NCBI GenBank assembly: GCA_002633005.1 | Contig: NMRA01000430.1 | Coordinates: forward strand, 165,997-229,996 | Origin: Phoronis australis | Lineage: Eukaryota > Animalia > Phoronida | Length of the DNA: 64,000 bases | Reading direction: 5' to 3' | Shown here: positions 1 through 13,143 of the stretch, piece after piece | Layout of the letters: each line of letters begins with the position of its first letter | Position numbering within the stretch: position 1 is the stretch's first letter | Translations under genes and position numbers: made by a program | The notes under the pieces: generated by a model | Told to the model about the DNA's origin: nothing | What the model saw: the letters and a program-made list of their open reading frames with translations, nothing else | Databases searched by the model: none

Positions 1-142
1 CTCCCTCCCACCGTCCATCCCACCCTCCCTCCGTCCCTCCCTCACTATATGGTTACGGTATCCAAAGCATGGTAGACTCTAACGGTGCTCCACCTTTCAA
101 CCACATGAAGTGCAAGTACAGTATTTCACCTCGACTGCATAA

Positions 143-3100
143 CTATAATTGTGTCTGTCGGCTTCCGCTAGTAGGAAGTACAGGAAGAGATTTTAGTCTG
201 CGTTGGTTGTGGTACCACGAGTACAACTTCACATGATTGAAAAGATTCTCTTTATTCATGTCCGAGAGGCTACTTGTTAACCTTTGCAGCCCAGCATTAA
301 AATGCGCCACCGCCTGACTATTCAGGTGTTGAAATTCTGAATAGTCCTTCAGCCTGTACGCTGGACTGCATGCTAGAAAGAAAGGGGTATTTACTTTGGT
401 TTGCTTTCTTGTTAATGCTAACTGTTAGTATCAAACATCCTGGCTACAATGCTTCTACAATGAGACTAGCAACGTTATATGATTTTTGATCATCCAATTT
501 TATGGTTCATTTATCACATTTGACAAAATGTCAAGGCAACCTCATATCTTCAATTTTTCTGCATGGTGGCATCTAAAGTTTCAGGACAACTTGAAGTTCT
601 ACATGTAATTGTTATTAAATATAACACTTGCAAATTACCTTTATGGTTATACCAATGAAAGGAATCCACTTTCATTTGGCACAGTCCGAAGTGGCTGCTA
701 TCCCTGTCGAGGCAATACTCCTGCAGCTTACAAGCGAAATCGTAAACTACCATCTTCGGGGCTAAAAGTAAAATGAAATTCTCTTGATGCAGTGACCATC
801 TTCGTTAAGTTCGTAAATACGTCTAAACATACATCAACATGAAATTTGCTGCAAAAAGCACAAACCCTGCAGTTCAAGGCCCAGAGTCGTCATGTCAAAA
901 CTATGGAGGGAACTATCCTTCTCCTACCTAACCCCAAATGGTGGGTATTCTGTCAGTTTGGAATCCATTGTTACCTTTATTTATCATTATTTTCTTTAAG
1001 AGAAACATATTCGAAGGGCATGTGATGTAGACAGAAAATTTCTCGCTTCCAAGCTTGAAGTAGGGTTCTTCTGGGTATCTTGGGCACATTTGGGGTGCTT
1101 TATTATTTTTCTCTGCTTTGTGGTAGCCATAGCTCAACTAAGGGAGAAGAGTTGACAGGGTGGTGCGCTCCCCCCCCCCTTAAATCCACCGTTGATTCTT
1201 CAAATTTAACACCGTTGCTTGACCTTGAATAACCCAGCTTTTTGTGAAATGGTGTTTTTGAGTAAAAAGGTAGGCTTCTGAAGAAAATTTTATATGTCTA
1301 CTCAATCAAAGTGAGATACTGATTTGATGACTACACAAAAGTGTACATTGATGCAATATGACAGCTTAATATGCGTTCCTTTCAAGATTTCATTTCCAGA
1401 TTACTGTTTTAGGTCTACATGTTTTCAATAATTCTGACCAGTTCCATACCTTCTGGCCATCTTGTCCACAGAAGTGTGAAGGCGTTGTTGGGGCTTTCGT
1501 GTAGAGCCATAAGCTCGAAGCCGTAGGAAATCCCTGAAGCAAATAACAAATGGTACTTTTTACTTCAACAAAGCCACACCAAGATAAATGAGCCTCAGCT
1601 TCTTTTCCGTAAGGAACAATTTCGCGCTTGGACGAGAGTCCGAAAACTTACTGATCGATGGTTCATCCAGATTTGTGTACATTGGTCAAGGGTTTTTGCG
1701 GGGATATTTAGACAGCAAATGTCACCTTTAATTTACTTCCAGCCATGCAACCAGCCATCATAAGTTCACTTTTGGAGAAAGTCACATTGTTGATATCAAG
1801 GGAACAACAAAAATTTTGCATCAGCATTTAAGTAATACAAATATTGAAGATTCAACAAAGAAATGGAACAGGTCACTTTGAATTAGAATACCATTACTTT
1901 TGTTAAGAGTTCAAATCGTCCAACAACTAAACTAAGGTCTTGGTCAACTGAGAATAAACATACTGCTACATCATTAGTAAGGTACCGGTACCCATGTGTA
2001 AAACCAAGCATGTACAGCCAACTTACCATGCTGACACAAAACGTTGAAGACACCAGGCGTCAAACTTTTGTGTCCATAGCCACATGTCTCCCTGCAACTC
2101 GATGATGCTGCCTCCGGCTTTCGGTCAGCCTCAAACATGGGTCGCTGACGTAGCTGAGGCCACATTGGGAAGAATGAGAGTGGGTCACCTTCAGGTTGAC
2201 TATACTCTATATCCGTCACCTGGGTTTCCATGGACTCAACAATGCTTATAAGTTTTCCTACAGCTTCTTTGAGCTCGGGTGTGAAGTCACCCAGATGCCT
2301 TTAAAAACACATACATTTATCATGCGGTGGACATTTCTTTTAAACAAGAATATTAGACCAGGATCAGTTTTATCCACATTCTTTTAGGCACAGCTTCTAT
2401 TGTGAGTTAGTGATGCAGTAAATTAGATTATATAGCATGCTGGAAACTACTTTCCAAACTAGCTCAAACCTTGGGTTTGTTTTTGTTGACAAAATTGTTA
2501 TTACTTGATCAGTTTCAAAAATTCAAGAACCCAAAAGTCTAATTTTACTCCTCCATTCAGATTTTATAGTGTTTCTATCAGTTTTCATGTCTCAGAAAGA
2601 AAATGGAAAAATAGTGATTTCAAGCCCTCCACTTAAATATGATCTGATAAGAAACTGTAATTACCCTCACTATGTGATCAAGTGAATAGTCGCTCTATTG
2701 ATAACTACCCCTGTTGTGAATGGAATGTGGAAAGGACTGGTCCACCCGACGACATACCCATTGGAGAAATTCAATATTGTTTAAAGGGGATGTTTACAGC
2801 ATGACTGCAAAATACATAATTTTGCAGTTACCCACAAAATTGCATCGTTATATTTGGGTATACGAATTTAACATATGTCTATTCTAGGACTTGCTTTTAT
2901 GAATTTGAACAAAAACAATAAGATATACACACAAAGAAACAAGGCTACATAGTCTGGAAGGAACTGGGACTACTATTGTATTCAAATAAAAAAATCAAAA
3001 TTTCAGAAAAATATTGTAATTAATGAAGATACAACATTAATTAAAAACATACCTCACTAGCCTTCCTAATACAGGAAACTTGTCTTGGAGGAATTTTAGT

Positions 3101-6100
3101 TCCTTTGGCCTATGCAGAATGAGAGTCGTATGCAGGCATCTTTTCATCCGCTCAAGCGATGTCACAGGAAAAGCTGCGCACACTGGTGAGCTCGTCCAGA
3201 GAATTCTCATGAATTCTGACCACTCTTTTTTGATTGAGTTCTTTTCTCCATCTTTGGCTATCCGCAAGACACCTTAAACAAATTTATAATATAATCAACT
3301 ATAACAGATTGAAAAGTCACCAAATATAGATTTCACTGGTAGACCTGTTGAAGTGTAAAGCGTTTTGTCTCACTGTAACATATATTAAGTGATCAAAAGA
3401 TGGTTGATCAACTGTGAAGGTTGGCAAATGTTCTGACGTCATAGAATGATCCAATTTATGAAAATATAACCTGGTTCCGACCGTGACCATAACGAGACTC
3501 GTCTTGTCCCCTTACGGTCATTTTTACCGATTCTGTTCACGTCGTAGTATTTTGGGTATTTTCTCACTTTGAAGCACCAAACAACAGAAATTGTCCTGTT
3601 ATGGCAAACCTGAATCGTTACAGTCACATTGGCAAAGTGGGCATATTTTCATGAAGTAAATCACTCAAAGATGTCAGGACAGCCTAGTGGTCTTAAGTGA
3701 ACCTGTATGCCCACTCTTCACTATTACTTGTACAACAAGAAAGTGGAAGCCATAAACAATGTCAAGTTGGAATCTGAGCATGATTTTGGTACTGCAGTTT
3801 TGCTACAATACACAATAAGACAATATGATTATAATGAGTCTAAATGACCATAATGGGTCAGTACAGATGGAAATGATATCCTGGAACTTCTTGCCACTCT
3901 TCGCTATTGGACATATACCTGCAGGGGATATTTTTGTTTAAATTCACCTGCACTTCCAGTTCTCATTACCTTGAAATTCCACTGGCAGGACAGACATAAG
4001 TTCACCATACTCTGACGTTCCTATGGTGGATGTTGAAAAACATCTCAATAGCCGACGAGCTTTACTGTCTGGAATGGCGACCCTTTCCTTAAACTGCGTG
4101 TTACATAGAAATAAAATTTGGTAACAATAAATACAAGGGCTTACTTTGGCTGATCTCCAAATCATCCAATACCTTTAATTGTTTACTCCTCGAACACAGA
4201 TGAGTTAAAGGAGAATGCCACCCAATTTAATTAGTCTTTTTTACCGTCTTAATTGGTCTATATCCACGACACCTCGTAAGAGGTTGATCTTACCTGGCCG
4301 AGAGGTGTCACGTCAACGCGTAAGGAAGGTGAGAAACGACACAGTGACGTCAGTGGTTCTTCTGCAGAGTGAGTGCCACTATGGTGCGGTGTATCATTCC
4401 CGCTTGTGCAAACTATGAAGCTGTTAGGAACGCAGATATATCGTTTATTTGATTTCCTTGAGAGCCCATAATGCTTCGAAAGTAGCTTAGGATAGTGAAA
4501 AATGAAAAGTATGCCGTTAATACCAAGTATGAGGCCGTGAAACGTATCCGTGTCTGTCAGTGGCCTGCATTTCGTCGGATCAGTTGTTAATCGATATTTG
4601 ATTATGGAGAATTGTAGTTGGCCATAGAAACATAAACAATTACAATTAATTCAAGGGATGAGTACATAACATTTTATGTAACTTGTTTGATGACTGACTC
4701 GTTCGTGAGGTTTCTGTTTGGTCCTCTGGCAGTAGGATGTTTTCGCCAGTTCTTTTTCTCAGCCCTAAAAAATGTCATAAGCACACCTTCGTTTAGACGC
4801 GGAGAAAATCAGGATGGTCAGTAAGATAAATCTACGCTTCTCCAACTTGCGGAATTTTGTGGCAGCAAACGCGTCAGTCGTTTCCGTTATTGTGTAGTTA
4901 GCTCACTGCCACCAAGACTCCGTTGTATGTGGACGTTCACGGAGCCTCCCTGTTACTTCTTAATCAGTGTATTCCAATAGCCTGTGAAACCTAACGATCA
5001 ACCTGTGAAGTCTTCGTCAGATGAGCACTCATCGAAGTCGGGATTGCGAGTTAACGTTTAGTGTGCGTTTTGTTTCAAAATAAAGTATTCTCACTCAAAC
5101 CAATGCTTATATAAAACTGAAACCAAGTCTGTCTCATTAGAAACAATTTTTAATGCCTTGGAGTGTTCATGAGTGCAAATGTTTTGAGAAGCCAGCAAAT
5201 GAATAAATCACTGTGTTACCGGCGTTACATGCAGTCGACCGCGCACCGAGGCCATGTGAGCACATGCTGATTCAGTGTTTGCTGACAGAAGGTTGTTGTG
5301 AAACACAATAGTTTGCTTTTACATTCATATACATTATTCGAATCATTGCAGTTGTACAACTTTTGCCCTCACGGCTCTGTGGAAGGATAGCCCGACTTTG
5401 CGGCCCCGACGAGCTAGTGAGTAGATTTGCAGTTTCGCGGCTAATTCACCAAAATATTTAGATACCAATATTGGCTGATGTCTTGAGTCCGGCCGTGATG
5501 GGCCTGATCGGGTTCCGAGCCACAGGCCGGGATAGCAAGTGTGTTTAGAACTGAAAAAATCGCATCTAAAATCACAGCAAACAGCTATTTTCAACTGTCT
5601 GTATTGCACAGATGAATAATTTGAATTTATCACCGAACAGACTCCAAACTGCTGCAATCGACCTTGGTAAATTAGCCTACCGAACTTTGTAGGCTACAGT
5701 ACGTTCAAATACCTAGAAATCCGTAACAGCGAAATAAAATAACACCTTGTTTCAATAACTGTGTATTTGTAAGGATTTTACATCGAAGTTTGATTTATTA
5801 GTGTAAAACGATGAATTCAAGCGATAAGCTGAAACCAGTAAGCGTGTTGCGAACTGCTGAACAGACTGCATTCGAACCTCTGACGTCATTGGTTAATTTC
5901 AACACCTCTGTCAGCCATCAGGTAAAAGAGCTGTACTTGCTGTTCTCAAGTGGAACTACTCGATCTCAATTGATACAAACTAGGTTGTTTTTTGGGTGGC
6001 ATTCTCCTATCAGATTTATGTGATGTTTCACGTTCGTAAGTACCCAACATGGGAATCCTTACATGCATGTGCTAGTATGAAGACTCATTCTAACGCAAAT

Positions 6101-9100
6101 TTTAATTTCAGTAAGACACTGCTTGCAAATATGCTTTTAAGAAATTTTAGCTGATAATACTTATCAAGAAGGAGGCAAACTATTGCTGGGACGTCTCCTC
6201 GAGAATGGCGTGCATTTAAGGAGTTCTTGCCGAATGCCAACATCCGTGCCGTCCATCAGTAGAAGTTCAGGGAAAGTCCCACACAATGGGCAGCAAAACT
6301 CGGCTGATGAAAACGATATGTCCAGAAGGGCAAGGTAGGAATACCAGCCTTTCTTGAACACCACATATGGCATGATGGCTTCCAAAAGCATGTCTCTGTC
6401 TGCAAACGTTTCCTTTAAGACACTATATTCAGTAAACAGTGTGTGCCTGAAAATAACCAAACTCTGTATGAAATGAACGTAAGTAACGTGTACAAATAAA
6501 TCTATTGAAGAGACTTCTGCATCTTTCCATGCTTGTTTAAAAAACTTTATCCCCACACATTCCATATTTTAGTTTCCGTATTTGAAAACGCGATAAAAAC
6601 TGTCACGCTTTTCTGCCCAGCTTAAATGGGAAATGGCACCATGATATGTATAATAATCCAATATGTCTGAAACTTTAAAATCTGCTTCATATCATCCAAA
6701 AAATCTTAGTAAGCGAAGTTGTTTGGTGAGAAATAACTGGGATTCAAATCTATAACTTTTAGTGATGTTTCATCTAATTTTGTGGCTTTTATTTAAATTG
6801 GGTTTCGCATGATTTTATGAAACTGAACGCGGGTATCTCTAAAGGTGCTGTCTCGTGTTCAGTTAAAAAAGCACACTAAATTGGATTTATAAGCCACAAA
6901 AACTACATGTTATCAATGTTTAATTCCTCAGTGTGTTAGCATTTCTTAAAACAATGACAATTTATTTTTGATGGTCTGAAACTGATTTTAGTGCATTGAT
7001 ACTTTACCATCAAAAGCGTCAAGTTGCCGTATTTTGGTAGAAATTAAAAAATCTAATCACGGCTAAGTTTGATATTAACAGAGATAGATAGTTGGAAGGC
7101 AATGACAATGATCCGAGGAAGATGTGTATTCTTTCCAGAAATAATGCTTGATAAAGCGGACTCAACATAGACGTGCGTGTTTGTTCAATGAAGTATTATG
7201 ACCACACATTTAATGACTAGGGTACGTTGGGCTTACCTCCCCAATAGAAAGCCAAACATATAACGCCGAAGCAGTTCGTGGCTGAGCATGACACAATTAT
7301 TGATGTTGAGTAAACAGTCGCCGTTACCATCATAATAGAGTTCTCGACTGCATAATGAGCATTCCTTCGTTTGCACTGTAAGATATTAACACAGAATAAT
7401 TTCAAATCATGCCCTCAATTGTGTATATTAATTGAGGCCTACTACTAACATGACTAACAGTTCAGTTCTAGTCTTGATGGGCCTCACTGCTAGACCCCCT
7501 CGAGTTTCTAATGTAACAACAAAGCTTACGAATGGTTCCAGTGGATCAATGCAATAGACATACATGCACACATCTGGTACATGTATCAGACCACCTGTAA
7601 TTACTTTTTACATATCATCCAATGTTTTATCAAAACATGTGCAATACGCCCTTGCTTTATAACTTGTAATAATTTTCAAAAAACACCCAGACAAGGGTAA
7701 TCTTTTTGTGTATTATTCTAAATTCAAGAACGTATTGTTATGCAGCATTTCTGGTAAAGAGTGCATGGCTGTGTTCATGATCATGATTTTTGTCCGCCCT
7801 CCCACTATTTAGTTTCATTGGTTGAGAGTCTTATTTATTATCCCTTTTCTGTGGATACATATAGTTACCAATCTTATTTTGTAAGTGGTGGATCCAGGGC
7901 TACCCAACCCTGGCCACCTTTAAGTTAACGAATGGAAAACTTCTTACCGTTTACTTGAATGATATCATTTGTTGTTATGATAACACCTTCTGTCACATAC
8001 AAGTATAACTCGGCAGAACAATAAGGACATTGAGTTTGGTCAACTTGAAGAACTGTCGGATAAGGCATGTGTTGTCTGCGAAGATTTGACTTTTGATTAC
8101 TGGTCAGAACAAACTGTATTGGTGTCTTTGACATGCATTTGTACTGCTCATTATGGTCTGTGCCGCCATCATACTGCCTTAAGAGAGGTTCCAAGACATC
8201 TCTTACAGGCGTGTCAGGATCTTCGGTGGCAGCTTGTAGACTTTTTACGTGTCTACAAGACTTTGGCTTGCTGCGACACAAACAGCAACGTATACCAGTC
8301 CTAGCCACTGTTAAAACCCCAAGGGTGCCACCATCTTCAACAACAACATGATCGCCCAACAGACTTATGTTAATACCGGCATTCTGAAAGAAAACAAAGA
8401 GTCAACACAATCAAATACCAGTATTTTGTAAGATTTGAACCATGTTATTATTTAATTGATATTGTACAAAAATTACAAAGCTTTTGTTGTGAGATCCATC
8501 GTCTTAGCAGGTTGTAAATTTAATTTTTTGACTTTGAATTCATAACGATTTCCGAATAATTTTTTATAATTATCACTCCAACATTTTTGCAACATCTCAA
8601 AAATTTCGGTTATGAAGCCTGGACCATTAGATTGCTACCCCACACAATGTCTGGTGACACTCCCTGGCCTATATCTACATGCAACTGTATGAGCAGTTCT
8701 TGGAACCTTCCAGGGGTCTTTTCTCCATTACATCACTAATTGCCTACTGTAATACCAATAATTATTATGTTATTGTGCATTGTTGTAGAGTAATGTAGGG
8801 GAAAATGCCCTTAACGGCCAAAATGCAAATAGTCGCGATGATGATGATGACGATGATGACAATGAGTCTTGTGATGATGACAATGATGTTGACGATGACA
8901 ATGCTTGTGATGATGATCATGAAGATGGTGGTGGTGATGATGGTGGTGGTGGTGGTGGAGTTGACGATGATAGTGATGAAAAACATGATGAGATTTTAGA
9001 TATATTCAGTAAAAATGTTAAAGTTTGTAAATGGCATCACGCTGGTTGAAAATCGGACCTCTTGTGGGGGTTCAAGTTCTGTAACGGGTCTTCCATATGA

Positions 9101-10406
9101 ATGATCTGAAAAAGCAACACAAATATCATTGAAAAATAATGGTCACTGGGAATCTTATTCTAGAATTTGTGGTGGTAAAAATTAAAGAATACATTTCGTT
9201 AGGTTCGAGAAACCACCCAATACATCATAAACAATTGATGTACATGCATACGAGCAGACCTATCGATCACTTGAAATCTGCCCAGCTAACCGAGATAACA
9301 TGTCCTTCAAGTTGTTCCTTAACTAACTTTCCGCAATTAATACCATATCAATAACCACTCATTTTAATAAAAATAAACATATATATTTGTCAAACCGTCG
9401 GGAATGGTGAGCTCATATCATTTTATTTACTGTACCTGCATTATCAAGTTCAGGAGCGATACTGTGGATAGCATCCAGATCATTCAAAATTGTCTTGGCA
9501 GCACAGGCGTGAATGCAGACTCGATAGTCACTGCTTTCTACAAATTCTAAAAGAAACACAGATTGCATCCAAGTTGAAATTCATCTGTTTCAAACAGTCA
9601 AAAACAAAAAATATGCACCTGATACAATAAGCCAAAAGTGACATTTCTCATATAAGTCAATATCTATGAGACAAAACTATCTTACCGAAGCAATATCAAT
9701 GACACTAAACTCGGAAAAGTATTCCCTGAAACAATAACTAATCGTAAATTTACTCTCTTCAATTAATATCAAAGACAGTAAAAACAGCAATATACTACAC
9801 AATTAACGGATAAGCATAAAAAGTCACCTGAATAGGCAATGTCTTGACTGTGTTCTAAATTATGAACGAAGGCACTGTTGGAACGATCACAAGAGCAGGA
9901 GTATAACCATTCCGACTGTCCAAGGAAAGATTTTATCAGTCTCTTCACCACAACGTACTTGTGAGGCTAAAATAGAAACAATGTGCAAGAGTTTGCCTCC
10001 TTGTGACATGCTTTTTGTCGTACGCCTGTTCCATACAATATATTTACATGTTTTTGACCCCTTTAACTTCAATGTTATAGGCTACAACACATACAAGTAA
10101 CTAGAATGGAAGATTCTGAAACTCGAGCGACCTCTTCACCTGCAACTCACATGTGGACAAAATACTTTATCTTGCAAGACTGGTGAGAAAGAATATTATG
10201 AATGCTTCAACGCAATACTATTTAATCAAGAAACAGAAAAACCATCAAATTTTGTATGTGATTACACTTACATATACTTGTCTTGCCTCCAATCTTACCT
10301 TCAAGCTTCCGTTAGAGGCTACATCTTGCAATACGAATTCTCTTAAAGTTGATGAGTGCACAAAAGCACTGTGTTGCTTCAAGGAGTGCACATATGCTTG
10401 TTCCAT
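143..10406 (-). CDS. Multi-exon KDZ (Kyakuja-Dileera-Zisupton)/HMGXB3-like transposase, ~770 aa, probably decaying or inactive
   Basis: Hand-spliced GT-AG exons in transcript order: 10406(ATG)-10299, 9966-9828, 9546-9436, 9105-~9059, 8383-7948, 7375-7237, 6446-~6167, 4093-3970, 3272-3053, 2298-2027, 1533-1450, 761-639, 372-143(TAG). Phases are compatible at all junctions except 6167/4093. Motifs read: YSCSC...VCIH; CCLC...CRH; CPYC...ECSLC..YYDGNGDCLLN; FCCPLCG..LLMDGT; SFFPMWP; H.SLTPGVF.VLCQHGISYGFELM..HESP; VVYDFACKL; VDSFHWYNHKACSPAY; NSQAVAHFN. This motif order matches the KDZ catalytic core as I recall it; no database search was run. The start codon and the 9105 exon end are uncertain. 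Confidence 0.8.
6779..6901. mobile_element. Short palindromic non-autonomous element in a transposase intron
   Basis: TTTGTGGCTTTTA at 6779 pairs with TATAAGCCACAAA near 6900; inner arms AACTGAAC / GTTCAGTT. Confidence 0.5.
8835..8992 (+). repeat. Degenerate (GAT)n/(GGT)n microsatellite, intronic
   Basis: Runs of gatgatgac and ggtggtg seen directly; they explain the poly-M/V and poly-I/T ORFs at 8765-8999. Confidence 0.9.
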
Positions 10407-11323
10407 GGGTATTTCCGCAAGCAAGCGTTCTCCACTCTACAAGTAAAAAAAAATCCCTTGGTGATTAGACCGACTCACAACTTAATTCAACACCAACATT
10501 TTCAACTGTTTGACTTAACAAGTACACTAGCGAATAAAAAATGATAAGATTTTAAAACTGCCAAGTGTTGTATTTAGCTGTCAGTTAAGAACCTTTATAA
10601 AGCATGAAATAGGATCTATGTCTCAAAAACATATAAGCACATAATTAAAATAGTGAATTATCCAAATCCTAACAAAGGCTATTTTAGGACTTGTTATCTT
10701 TGTTTATTGTAACTGTACTCTTCAATTTCCATGAAGGAGGTATGTCACATATACTTCTTGGAAACTCAGAGTACTTGCTGGTGTATTTACCATTCGCCGA
10801 TAGGTCAACTTGAATTCTTGAGTAAAAATATAGTTTCGATTCAGCACATTACCTGAAGTCCTCCTTAAGTTTTCAAAATAGCGTCCCTAAGATTTTTAAG
10901 TTCCAGTGGAGTCGGGATCAGCAGTCCAAATCTGTACTAGATCGTACACCTCTGGACGAACACACGATGTTGTCACGTGATATTTGTTTTGAAGTTCGTC
11001 TATGTATAGTGTGAGTGAGCAAGCGTGTGCGTACCATCAGAGTTCATTTGCCAGAGTAAAAGCAATTTAACGATCTAGGTGTTCGTTGTAACTAAGGAAA
11101 TTATCACAAGCAGTAAAGCAGAATGTGATTTATTTAGCAGTTGCTGATTTAACTGCTAAAAATGTTCGAGAATTGTCTCGGTAAGGCCGATGTCATTGAG
11201 TCGGCGGGTGACTGGATGTGTGACAGTCTCACAGTTATTTTTTGGGAGATTCGGGGTGGGGGGGGTGAAGGTATGAAAGTATTCACTATAGTGGGTCATT
11301 TTGACTTTTTAAAAAAACAAAGC

Positions 11324-12209
11324 AAACGTTTTTTACAATATTAGAATCTTTCGGAAATAAGTGCCAGTATTTATTTCTTGCCAATGCCATGCTACCCCTT
11401 TCATGAATATAGTTCCTGAAGACTAATCTAAGATGGCAGGTACTTGCATGTAGCGCGCGCTTCCTGGCCACGTGCTTTTAACTGAACAAACATCAAGTTT
11501 TTATTAGTCTTCGATTTGCGATTGCGTTCTATTTGAAGCACAGTGGAAATTTGAAGTGTATAGACACGGCTAAATACCAACATAGCGGCGAGGCTCGTTG
11601 TATACAAATCCGTGCACAACGATTTTTTCAGGACTGTCGAATCTTATTGATAAATTGAAGATGTTACTGTAGAATTTTAGAACTGTAGGTAAGGCATTTT
11701 TCGCATGTACACGCCATTCATGGTCTGGGCACTTATCTTAGCAAAGTCTGGAAACGCGTGGGTGGNAAACGTTTTTTACGATATTAGAATCTTTCGGAAA
11801 TAAGTGCCAGTATTTATTTCTTGCCAATGCCATGCTACCCCTTTCATGAATATAGTTCCTGAAGACTAATCTAAGATGGCAGGTACTTGCATGTAGCGCG
11901 TGCTTCCTGGCCACGTGCTTTAAACTGAACAAACATCAAGTTTTTATTTAGTCTTCGATTTGCGATTGCGTTCTATTTGAAGCACGGTGGAAATTTGAAG
12001 AGTATAGACACGGCTAAATACCAACATAGCGGCGAGGCTCGTTGTATACAAATCCGTGCACAACGATTTTTTCAGGACTGTCGAATCTTATTGATAAATT
12101 GAAGATGTTACTGTAGAATTTTAGAACTGTAGGTAAGGCATTTTTCGCATGTACACGCCATTCATGGTCTGGGCACTTATCTTAGCAAAGTCTGGAAACG
12201 CGTGGGTGG
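11324..12209. repeat. ~440-bp near-identical tandem copies joined by a single N at 11766 (likely assembly/haplotype duplication)
   Basis: 11324-11765 matches 11767-12209 with only scattered substitutions. Confidence 0.85.
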
Positions 12210-13143
12210 TGCTTATAAGGGCATTTGCGTTTATAAGGGCGAATACGGTATTCAAAAAATACCTTTTTTCATTGCAACTTGTGTATAAATACTACATGCA
12301 TCTCCTGTCACTTGCAAAACCTGTCTTTTAGTCAATCAACTGTATGCATTTAAAATCATGCTAAATCAAAAATTTGCCAAGAATGTAAAAATCTAAATGG
12401 AGCCTACTTTCTATGATACTGTTTGCATTTTTCTAAAGTTAGCTACTTTTAAAAAGATTTTTACCATTGTTTGAGGTAAGGATTAAATATGTTCAACAGT
12501 TTGGTTGAAACGAAATTCATCACATTTCTACTCTAACTACATTATTTTACCAAAAAATGCAATGAAGGGACAATGAAAGTAGAAAATGTAACACCTTTTT
12601 TAATTCACTAGTTATATTATATATATATGTATATTAATGAAATGAAAAATAACATATTAAAGAGAACTTCATTCAGTGCTATGAAATACACTTTACCAAT
12701 GTACACGATTTTCTGAGAGGTAGCATGAAAATTCTGAAAAGTTTCGTTATACCGCATGGTTAAGAGAAACACATACCTACAAGACATGAGTCCGATTCAA
12801 ACGACCTAATAAACGAACTCTAGCGCAGCATTGTAAGCTACAATTTAGCAATTTCTTACCGTTTTTTTTGGCCTTTTATTTTTATCTTTCACCCCAATTT
12901 GATGCTTGCTACTGAGCACTACAGATGTCTTTTCATTTCAACGCGACTTCTTTTTGAAATCTTCTATTATTTTTAAGTTAGTTGAGGCTTCTGTGGCCAT
13001 CCTCAAATACTTGTGTTTTTCTTTTTTGAGGGCATTTTATATTCATTAGCTTTTGCATTTTTGGAAATGCCATTACGTCAAACTGTCAATTGACAAGCCG
13101 AATAAGTCCACCTCGCTAGTGTCTCTCTTATCTGCCTGCCTGG

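Noticed and set aside
8765-8999. Hydrophobic poly-I/T and poly-M/V ORFs
   Set aside because: Translations of an intronic trinucleotide microsatellite.
43-11293. CACTATA at 43 and TATAGTG near 11290 as possible TIRs of the transposase element
   Set aside because: Only 7 bp match and no target duplication.
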